This document shows positions 7,525 through 16,900 of a DNA stretch of 30,292 nt, one piece after another (the first letter of the stretch is position 1; each line of letters starts with the position of its first letter). A program made the translations under genes and the position numbers. The notes below the pieces were generated by a model. The model saw only the letters and a program-made list of their open reading frames with translations, ran no database searches and had not been told where the DNA came from. Location: IMG/VR virus record IMGVR_UViG_3300011339_000732, positions 1 through 30,292 of that record; one strand, 5' to 3'. Origin of the DNA: a virus (lineage: Duplodnaviria; Caudoviricetes).

Positions 7525-7754
7525 GCGCCCTCCCGCTTCTCGATGCGGTCGAGCTGCTTCTGCATGGCCGCGGTGCGTTCGTCCAGGCGCGCCAGCGTGC
7601 CGTCGGCGAGAGGGCCGACGATGCGCTCGAGGTTGGCGACGCGCTGATTGATCCCGCCGCCCCAGAAAACAAGGATCACGGAGTTAATGCCGAGCGTCAC
7701 TATGACGCCGATCATGGCCCAGTTCAGCTTGCGGGCGTCAGAGTGAAGGGTCAT
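7521..7754 (-). CDS. Small membrane protein (1 TM + coiled coil), putative holin/antiholin
   Basis: 'WAMIGVIVTLGINSVILVFWGG' TM followed by 'LARLDERTAAMQKQLDRIE' coiled coil; first gene of the lysis cassette. Confidence 0.55.
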   Translation of the reverse strand: MTLHSDARKLNWAMIGVIVTLGINSVILVFWGGGINQRVANLERIVGPLADGTLARLDERTAAMQKQLDRIEKREGA

Positions 7755-10700
7755 GTGATTGGGGTTCCCCGCACCAACTTGTAACGAGCGCCACCCGTAA
7801 GCACCTTGCCAGCGAGACTAACAGGGGTTGAGACGGGGTAGATAGGCCAGTACAGTTTGGTGCCGTAGTCGTTATTGATACCGATGACATTGGCCGCATA
7901 TGCCACGCCAACACCATCTTCAAAGTGCGTATAGCCCGCGCCCGCGGTGTTCTCGATAACCAGCTGGACTTCAGGGTCGTCGACGTTCCACACGACAATC
8001 TTCTCGGCATAGCCAAAGGAGGTGTTCGATCCGTCGCGTTTGTCGATCACCTGAACAGTACCTTTAACGCCGTTCACATAGCCGACGGCCCGGTTAGCGC
8101 CGGTAAGGGGGCACATGGTGGAGTAGCCGCCCGCGCGCGTCCCCGGGGTGATACCCACAGCGTCGTTGAAGTCCAACGCCCACTCGTGCAGGATTTGGTA
8201 GTCTTCGTGCTGTTCAAACGTCGTGCTGTCGGAGAACGAACAGGCCACAGTCCCGTCGGGAACGGTCAACTCTCCGCTGGCTTGTTGGACGATACGCGTG
8301 CCAGCCCATTCATTGTTGATGGCCGCGTCCCCAAGGCCCGTCTTCTCCCACTCGATGTTGTTCGGGCATGAGGTGAACGTGCCGTAGCCGGTGGCGTTGA
8401 CGCCAGAGAAGGTCAGCACGGTCGTGTTGCCGACTTCCGACCGGCCCGTAATCGTCAACCAAACATCGTTGATCTGCGTCATGCCGACCGCGCCGCTGCA
8501 CTTGATGCGGTCCCCGATCTGGGCAGAGGTGATGGTGCCAACCGTGATGGTCAGAGGGTTGGTCTTCGTGGCCGCCGTCGGCGTTCCGGTCGAACTGTCT
8601 TTGCGGTAGCCCTTGCGCGTCGTGGTCGGCGGGTTGACGACGTGACCGTGCGCTCGACCGGCGAGCTGGAAGTTGGTCCCGAGGTTGGCCGTGTCGGCGG
8701 CATCGGCCATGTCACCGATGATGAGGACAGCTTCGAAGGCAGACCAAACGAGGCCCGTTTCCACGGTAGTGCCGCTGTCAAGCGCCCTGTAGACAAAGTT
8801 GCCGAACTCAATGTCCTTGTTCTTCATGTGACCCCACATCGAGTTGAGGGCCAAGAAGTCATCGGTAAGAGCCATGAACGGTGCCACATTCATGTAGCCA
8901 ATCTTCAGGTGGTCACCCTGGTTAGCGTAGGTGATGTCGCTGTAGTGGTCTTCGTGCAGCTTCACCCGAATGAGGGAGAAGTTGGAAGCCACCTGCAGAG
9001 AGTGGACCGGGCGGCTCGGCTTCGGTGTTTTGTAATCCCTGGCGACGTTGGCCTCAGCCACCGCGGGGGTAATCGTGTCCGTGCCCCCGATCAGGTGGTA
9101 GGTGTAGGCCGCGCCCGCGTAACCCACAACCGGGTCAGGGTTCCGCTGCATGAGGAGGGCGCTGTATTGTGCCACCTCGCCTACCGCGATTTGGCTGACG
9201 CCATCAGTAGCCCGCACATTGACGAGCCCGCCGTCGCCAGTCGTTACACCCCCGCCACCAGTCACGGACTGGCCAGCCGTTATGGTGCCGTCCGCAGCAG
9301 GCGTTACGCCATAGTTGACGATGTGGACATTGTATGACCCTGTGACGCAGTCGAACGGAGCGATCCACCGGAAACGGTACTGCGTCAGGGTGCCGGTCAG
9401 CGAGACGTTCTGGGTGGGACGCAAGAAATATTTGTTGGCCGTCTCCCACGACAGCGCCGGAACATACTCGAGCCAAACGTCGGTCAGGTTGGTGGTCGGA
9501 GCCTTGACCAGCGTAGAGCCGGTCTGGATCGTCGCCACGCCTGCTGCGTTTTGGTAGAGTTGGTAGAGCAGGCTGTCGGTCGCGTGGTTCGCCCACCAGG
9601 TCCGCCCCGCAGCCACAAGGAAGTCCGTCGTCAGGGTTGCGCTTGCGCCCGTCAGGCCAGCGGACGCCGTGAAGACAGCAGTCGGCGATGTCGGCGAGGC
9701 TCCGATGTATTGGCCCGGCCCCGTGATCGTGATGGACGTGAGCGCGCCGCCCGACACCGTGAACGTGAATGTCGGATTGACCGAGAAGTTGCCGCCCGTG
9801 ACCGAGCCGGTGAAGGTGCCGTTCGTCCCGCCGGACCCGCCCGTGATGGTGCCGTGGCCGGTGATGCCGCGAGGGACATACAGGGTCGCCGTGGGCCAAA
9901 TACCCTGCACCAAAGCCGCCAGGGTGGCCGTGTCAGCCGACGCCGATGCCGACGTGGCGTAGGCGCTGGCCGCCGCCTGCGCCGCCTCGGCCGCAGTCTC
10001 CGCAGTCTCCGCGTTCGTCTCGGCCGTCTGGGCGGCGGAAGCGGAAGAGGAGGCGGCGGAAGCGGAAGAGGAGGCAGCGACCCTGTCAAGTCCCGTTTGC
10101 ACGCGGTCGGCAGCCGTAGCGACGCGGTCGGCAGCCGTAGCGACGCGGTCAGCCTCGGCGGCGGCGACGGCGGCGGTCAGGTCCGCGGGAAGCAAAGCGC
10201 GAGTGTATCGCACTTGGATGCGGCTGCCCGCGGGGGGCGCAGTGGTGAACACCAAAGTGGTGCCCACGAAAGTGTAGTCCTCACCCCCGACTTGGACGAC
10301 ACCGCTGACCGACACATCAATGTTGGCCAACACGCCAGGGTCGGCGGAAAGGGTAAAGTTGGTCTGGCTCCCCGTGCCGTCGAACAGAGATACAAAGGCG
10401 TCCGCATACGCGGCAACCGTCACCAAGGTGCCAGGATCGATGTTGACGAAACCGCTGGCGGCCGAGTTCCAGGCGAGGATGCCGTTCGGTATAGGGTCGG
10501 GGAGAGTGGAGCTGGCCGTCGAACTGATCGGCAGCTTCAGCGAGCGGCCAACCTGTTCGATCAGCTGCTGGGCTATGATGGTGATCTTGTCGAAGGCGTC
10601 GTTGATGACGCGCGGGTAGAAGCCGCCGTTGTTGGTCAGCACGAGAGGTTGGAGCGCCTCCACGTCGGACGTGATCGTCAGCCTCTCGCCGGTTGGCAGG

Positions 10701-10924
10701 GCCGTAGCGCGCGTCACCGAACCGCCGGGATCATTGTCCTGGTCCGAGTTCAGCGTGACCGTGTAGTCAGTGTCGAGCACCAGGTCGCTCTCGATCCCGA
10801 GGGCGTTGGTGCGCACGACCCGCAGGTCGGCAGACGTGAAGACCTTGAACGCGAACGGGAAAACCGTGGTCGCGCCATTGCCGAGAAACGGCCCGGCCTT
10901 GCGGGTGCTCGAGGATATGGCCAA
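7751..10924 (-). CDS. Tail fibre / receptor-binding protein
   Basis: TTG start with GGAG RBS. N-terminal podovirus fibre anchor 'GNGATTVFPFAFKVF...DYTV...G..LTI..FYP..INDAFDKITIIAQQL', a second beta-domain, an Ala-rich coiled-coil shaft, and a G/T-rich C-terminal region. Confidence 0.88.
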   Translation of the reverse strand: MAISSSTRKAGPFLGNGATTVFPFAFKVFTSADLRVVRTNALGIESDLVLDTDYTVTLNSDQDNDPGGSVTRATALPTGERLTITSDVEALQPLVLTNNGGFYPRVINDAFDKITIIAQQLIEQVGRSLKLPISSTASSTLPDPIPNGILAWNSAASGFVNIDPGTLVTVAAYADAFVSLFDGTGSQTNFTLSADPGVLANIDVSVSGVVQVGGEDYTFVGTTLVFTTAPPAGSRIQVRYTRALLPADLTAAVAAAEADRVATAADRVATAADRVQTGLDRVAASSSASAASSSASAAQTAETNAETAETAAEAAQAAASAYATSASASADTATLAALVQGIWPTATLYVPRGITGHGTITGGSGGTNGTFTGSVTGGNFSVNPTFTFTVSGGALTSITITGPGQYIGASPTSPTAVFTASAGLTGASATLTTDFLVAAGRTWWANHATDSLLYQLYQNAAGVATIQTGSTLVKAPTTNLTDVWLEYVPALSWETANKYFLRPTQNVSLTGTLTQYRFRWIAPFDCVTGSYNVHIVNYGVTPAADGTITAGQSVTGGGGVTTGDGGLVNVRATDGVSQIAVGEVAQYSALLMQRNPDPVVGYAGAAYTYHLIGGTDTITPAVAEANVARDYKTPKPSRPVHSLQVASNFSLIRVKLHEDHYSDITYANQGDHLKIGYMNVAPFMALTDDFLALNSMWGHMKNKDIEFGNFVYRALDSGTTVETGLVWSAFEAVLIIGDMADAADTANLGTNFQLAGRAHGHVVNPPTTTRKGYRKDSSTGTPTAATKTNPLTITVGTITSAQIGDRIKCSGAVGMTQINDVWLTITGRSEVGNTTVLTFSGVNATGYGTFTSCPNNIEWEKTGLGDAAINNEWAGTRIVQQASGELTVPDGTVACSFSDSTTFEQHEDYQILHEWALDFNDAVGITPGTRAGGYSTMCPLTGANRAVGYVNGVKGTVQVIDKRDGSNTSFGYAEKIVVWNVDDPEVQLVIENTAGAGYTHFEDGVGVAYAANVIGINNDYGTKLYWPIYPVSTPVSLAGKVLTGGARYKLVRGTPIT
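10031..10075. repeat. 21-bp tandem repeat x2 in tail fibre shaft
   Basis: GGCGGCGGAAGCGGAAGAGGA occurs twice exactly (10031-10051, 10052-10072) and encodes SSSASAA heptads. Confidence 0.85.
10101..10150. repeat. 21-bp tandem repeat x2.4 in tail fibre shaft
   Basis: ACGCGGTCGGCAGCCGTAGCG repeated; encodes ADRVATA heptads. Confidence 0.85.
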
Positions 10925-10991
10925 GATTAAAAGCTCCGAAGGACGGGCGCGATCCTAGAAGCAGGAACGGCCCTTAGACATACCGAAAAGG

Positions 10992-13900
10992 TCACTGCGT
11001 TTTGCTGCCCGGCGACGGTGCGCCGGTGATTGCTCCCCGCGCCGCGTCCAGCGGGCCCGTCGGCTCGACGTCCCCATTGGCCACGTCGGCGGCGTAACCG
11101 AGGGGCTTGGCGAGGGGCAGCAGCGGCAGCCCCGACACCAGGCCCAACAGGGTCAGCACGTTGCGGACGTCGGCGCGGTTGAACTTCTCGCCGTTGACGA
11201 CGCTGTCGTAGACCGATGCCGGGGCGAGCAGGCCCCCTTCGACCACGGACAGCACCGGCGACACGGAGAGACGGTCGTCGAAGCGGGCCTCCGTGAAGCC
11301 GCCGAGGGCGACGTTGGCCAGGGGCCCCGCGATGGGGATCGACGAGAGGCCGAGCTTGAGCTGGCTCGAGAAGAACCAGTTGAGAGCCTCGTCCAGGTAG
11401 CCGTCCTCCTCGTCGTCGTCCCAGCCGCCGCGCATCAAGTCCGCGATGGCCTGGCCCACGAGGGCCTGGGCGGCGAAGCCCATCAGGTAGACGTAGAAGA
11501 GACGGCCCTTGCCCTTGCCCACACCCACGCCCCGCGCCACGATCTGCGTTTCCGTGGCGTTGAGGTTGGCCAGCATGTTGGCCCAGCCACCGAACTGCGT
11601 GAACATCCGCACGAAGGGCGAGCCGGTCTCGAGGCGAGAGACGTCTTCCGGGTTCCAAGACCCCTGCGTTTCGCGCAGGACGCTGTCGGCAAAGCGGACG
11701 GCGTCGGCGGTCGACTGCCCCTCTGACGTCGCCTGGTCGAAGGCGGCTGTCCAGATGATCGGGTCCATGATGTTCTGCACGGCCGACTGCATGAAGTAGC
11801 CGTGGCGGATGGCCCACCTGCGCGCGGAGCCCAGGGCGTTGGGGTCCAGGTCGATGATCTCGTTGATGTTCTGGCGCGTCTCCATGATCTGGTTGTCCAT
11901 ACGAACAGCCAGAGCCGTCGACAGGTTTGTCGCGGCGGTGGTGACCTCGGAGGGGTTGCGCATGAAGCGCCAGAGGGCCTGCCCCAGACGGGAGGGCTTG
12001 ACCCGCACAGCCGCGGCGAAGGGTCCGCCAACGAGCTGCTGCGCCGTGTTGATCACGTTGGCGAACATCAGCTGCATGCCCACCGTCCCGCGCAGGTAGC
12101 GGGCGGTTTTGTCGACCCACTTGCCGCCGTTGCCAATACCCTGGGCTTCCACCGTCTGCTTGGCAGCGCGCTGCAGCCAAGGCAGGAGAAGGTCGGTCTG
12201 TGCCGTCGGGTCGAAGGCCTTGAGCCTGGCGGCCAGCTTCCTGTTCTTCAACAGGCGCATGGCTTGGCGGACTGCGGGGCCGAGGTGCGTGAACTTGACG
12301 ACCTTGTCGAGGTGGGCGGGCAACAAGCCCAGCTCCAGAGAGAGGGGCTGGGTGTAGTTTTCTTCGCGGCCCTTGGTGAAGCCGTTGCCGGTCGAGGGGA
12401 ACATCTGCGAGGCAGAGTTGCTCTCGAGGCCGTCTTCGCCCTGCCGCAGCATGGCGTCCTGCACGAAGTAGCTCTCGGTGAGGGCGGGGACGTAGCCGCC
12501 GCGCAGCGTGCCGAAGGGCGTGACGACAGGGTCGGCGGTGATCTCGTTGAAGTACCGGCCGTACATGGCGTGGTGAGCGCGCTGCGCTCCCGGCTTGGTT
12601 TCCTCGAGCAAGTCCCAGACGCTCTGGACAAAGGCCCAGTCGCGCTCGGTGATGACGCCTTCCCGGTGCATGCGATCCATGAAGGCCTGCCACTGGGTGT
12701 CGTCGAGGGTGCCGTCCTCGTTCTTCTTGCCCCACTTCCAGCCGAGCAGGAGCTTGGTCTTGTTGGAGAGGTTCCCCGTGTGAAGCATGGCGTGGTAGAG
12801 GACGGCCTTGCTCTTGAAGACGAAGCCCAGTTCGGGGGCGGCGATGTCGCGGGGCTTCATCTCGTCGCGCACCGTCTCCATCAGCTCGTTCAGGCGGCGC
12901 ATGTAGGCGGCGCTGTCCCGGCGGTAGCGGTCGGAGGCCTCCGAGATCGGGTTCCAGATGTAGCGGATGAAGGGCCCCTGCACCCGAACGTCGACGCCGC
13001 GGGCCCAGCTCTCGACGCGCCGCAGCATGGCCCTTACGCCCAGGATTTCGTGCCCGCGCCGGTCCTCCTTCGAGGGGGTGGTTTCGGGCGCAGCGACGTC
13101 GGCGTTGGGTTGGACTTCGTCCATCTGGGCGTTCAGCTCACCGACCACGCTCTCGATGGTGCGCTGCTGCCCGTCGATCTCGATGACCTTGGACTGGCGG
13201 GATTGCTGCCAGAGCTGGCGAACGGCGTCGCGAACGGCGACGTACTCGCCGTAGGTCAGCTCGTTGAGGGGGCGCTCGGGGTTGACCAGGTCTCCGAAGA
13301 CGGAGGCCAGGTCGGCGTAGAGTTCGGGGTCGTAGGTCTGCACGGCCTTGATGTAGCCAGCCACGTCGTTCTTGACGCGGCCGACGCCGTACTTCGCCAG
13401 GATCGCGCGGGCGGCGTTGACCAGGTCCATGTTGCGGCTGCGGGCGAGGGTCGCGTCCTTGGACGTCACGATCCGCGCGAAGAGGCGCAGGTCTTTCTCG
13501 ACCTCCTTGCGGGCGGCAGACACCGCCCTGCCGGTGTGCAGGTTGATCAGCTGGGTGCGCTTGGCCGTTGCCACGCCGACGCCGTCGCCCTTGGCGGCGG
13601 CCTTGCGAGCAGCCCTCGAGGCCCTGATCTGGGCAGAGATGTACTGCGCCGGTTTCAGGTTCTTGAGGGTCAGGCGCGCGACGACACGGTCGGCGATGGC
13701 CTTGGCGGCTTCTGCCAGCAGCGACTTCTTGCCGACGGCCTTGGCGGCGTAGGCCTCCTCGGCGGCGACGAACTTGACGCGCGCTTCGTTGGCGACGGCC
13801 TCGTTGGCCGCCTTGTCGACGGACTGGGGATCGGAAAGATCGCCGTGCCGCTCGAGCATGCGCTGGTCGGTCAGACCCTTGATCTTCTCGGAAGCGATCT

Positions 13901-16900
13901 CGCCGTTGACCAGGTCTTCGATGAGGGCTTGGCCGCTCGGGTAGCCGAACATACCGGCGACGATGTCGGGGTGCAGGCCATCCGTGCCGACCTCCCCGTA
14001 CTTTCCGCCGCGGCGCAGCTTGGTCCAGGTGCCCTCTTCGCCGTAGAGCGCCTTGAGCGTCTCCAGGTCCAGCTTCGCCGCCCCTTCGACGGGTTCGCCG
14101 TCTTCGCCCAGGCCGCGGCGCAGGAAGTTGCGGGCGCGGTTGACGGGCTCGGCCATGACTTCGGCGGTGACCTCGGCGCGGACGGCCTTGCGCAGTTCCT
14201 CGGCCTCATCCTGCAGCTGCCGCAAGGCGCGGGACTTGGCTCCAGACGCCCACTTCAGGTCGCGCACCGAACGACGCTCGAGCTGTTCGACGGCCTCCTC
14301 GGTGGCGTCTCGACCGAGGGCTTGCAGGCGGGCCCACTCGTCCTCGGTCATGCCTTCGGGCTTCTGGTCGTAGAGAGCGGAGAGGGCCCAGACCTGGTGC
14401 GCGTCTTCGATCTCCGCTTCCGAGGCGAGCATCCGGTCCATGACGCCGCGGACGTCGTCCGTCAGTTCGACGTTCAGGTCGGTCAGCGACTTGTAGACGC
14501 TCTTCAGCCAGGAGGAGAAGGTGCGGAAGAGGCTCCTCATCTCGGTGCTCGGTGCCTTACCCTCTAAGAGGTAGGCCTCGAAACCACGGGCGAAGCGTTC
14601 GTGGTAGGGGGTCTTCTCCTCGAGCGTCATGCCCGCCCACTTCTCGAGCGTCATGTCGGGGGCGAACCAGCGCATCAGGATGTTGGCGTCGGCGACCGAC
14701 ACGGCGTCGGCGTCGGGCATGTTTGCCAGGTGAAGGGTCGCCTCGAGGAAGAAGTGGCCCGTCTCGTGCAGGAAGGTGGAGAGGTCGGCCGTCTTCAGCA
14801 GGCTGATGACGGAGGGGGTCTGGCTGATGTCCCTGCCGAAGGCGATCTGGCCGCGGTTCTGCTGGAACATGGCGAAGCCAGACATGGCGGCGTCGCGCAG
14901 CTCGGGCGTGATGGTGAAGCCGTTCTGGATGCCGAGGGCGTTCGACGGGCGGTTGAGTTGTGCCTCATTCTCGGCGAGGTAGCTGTCGAGCCTCTCCTGC
15001 GCCCGAGCGATACGGTCCTCGTCGCCGAGAAGCTGTTCGCCCTCCAACACCTCTCGCCGAACCTGCTCTCCCGTGGCGCGGTCCCGTGCGTTTTGCGACG
15101 CCTGGTCCCGCATATCCACCGGCCCGACCTTGGTGCCGAACTTCTTGACGATGTCGTTGGTCGTGTTGACCAGGTTGCGTTCGTAGAAGAAGGAGCCGTC
15201 GCCCCCGGTCTGGCCGCCGTTCTGCTGGTTGCCGTTGATCCAGGCGATCTGCTCGAAGCCGTTGTCGACGGCGTAGCGGATCATCCGCTTCATGAGCAGG
15301 GCGTCCCAGCTCTTCTTCCAAGGGGCGTCGGCGATGCCTGCGGGCGAGCGAGCGTTCTGCAGCCGCTGTGAGTTTTCGTTGTGGGCGAGCCCCGCCGCCA
15401 GCATCGCGTCGTAGGCGGCTTTGAGCGCGTCGTCGCGCCGCATCATTAGGTCGCCGCGCTGTGAACGCCGGTAAAGGTTTTCGGCGATCAGGGTGCTGTC
15501 GGAGCCCCTGTCGATGCCTCGACCGGCCTCGATGCTGACGCTGCTGTCGAGGTTGGTGGCCGCGTCCTTGAGGATGTTAACGCCCTCGCGCAGGTTGTCG
15601 CGCAAGCTCTCCGACATCCCGGCTTCTTCGGCCTGTCGGATGGCGTCCTCGGTCTCGGCAATGCTCTGCGCCAGCGCCGCCTGCGTCGCCGCGACAAAAG
15701 GCCTGCGCGCTTCCGTCAAGGCGGCGCTCGACGCCGATACCGCTTCCCGCGCAGCCGCTTCCTCGACCGGATCGTACGGGGCCTGGTAACCCTGATCCCG
15801 CCCCTTCTGGTGCCAGTCGCTCTGCAGCTCTTCGATGAACAGCACGCGCTTGCCCGCCGCGTCCTCGCGGCCGGTGATGCGCGCGTGGGCGACGACGTTC
15901 TGTTTGTCCCAGTGCGTCGAGGGGCCTTCGATGTTGGGGAGGCTCAGGAGGATTTCGTGGTAGGTGTCGTCCGCGCCGGGGAGCTTGTAGGTGATGAACT
16001 GCGTGTCGTTGTCTTGTTCGGCCTCCTGTTCGGCTTCTTCGCGCGTGTCGAAAACAGGACCGGGGAGGATAGTGCCGTCGAACATGGCCAAAGCGTAGCC
16101 CCCTTGGGCTTCGTCAAAGACGATCTGTTCGGCGACCTGGGCTCGGCCACCCAGCACAGTCTCTTCAAGCTGCACGCCGCCAGCGCGCAGGAAGCCGAGG
16201 ACGGCCTCGCGGGTGATGTTGCCCTTGTCGTCGGTGTAGCTATCCGGCACGCGCATCCGCACTTCCGGCCCCGGAGCCTGCGCCCACGGGCCGTTGGTGG
16301 TGATCTCGTCGAGGTAGTCGTTGATCCCCGACCACTCGATCTCTTCCTTCTTGACCCCAGCCGTCTTGGCGAGCGTCGCCTTCCACTGCGCGGCCGGTGC
16401 TTTGGTCAGGGGCGACTGCTCCACAGCGCGTTGGAGCGCCGAGTAGAAGGGGTCGGCCTGGTAGAGGATGTTTGGCCCCTGGGGGTCGAAGAAGCCGCGG
16501 TTGAGGGTGGACTTGATCTGGGTCGGCTGGACCGGGATGAAGAGGTCTTCGGTGTATTCGAGGTCGGCGAAGTCGCGAACGATCACCCCGTCGTTGCCCG
16601 CCGCCACGGCCTCGGCCACGATCTCCTCCAGCAGGTCGCGGGGCAGCATGCCGTCGTCGGCCTGCTCTTCCGTGAGCCGGTCCTCGAGCTGCTGCTGCGT
16701 GATCTCCAGCGGGTTCTGGATCGACAGGTAGACGGGCATGGTCGAGCCAGCGCCGCGCGCGAAGAAGCTCGCGTGCTCCGCGTTGGGCGTGAACAGGTTG
16801 AGGACGCCGTCGCCCCGGAACGAGTTAAAGTCGTAGGGCGTGCCGTGGTAAACGACCAGCGGATCACCGGCCTCGTTCTTGACGGCGCTGTTACCGAACC

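Noticed and set aside
10031-10150. Repeats as a possible CRISPR-like array
   Set aside because: Direct tandem 21-mers without spacers, in frame within a coiled-coil coding region.
5675-10924. Diversity-generating retroelement, as in BPP-1
   Set aside because: The head genes are BPP-1-like, but I saw no reverse transcriptase and no TR/VR repeat pair differing at adenines near the fibre or collar genes.
10927-12735. 602-aa - strand ORF overlapping the end of the giant gene (possible frameshift extension)
   Set aside because: Arg/Pro/Gly-rich off-frame translation typical of GC-rich DNA; no slippery site identified.
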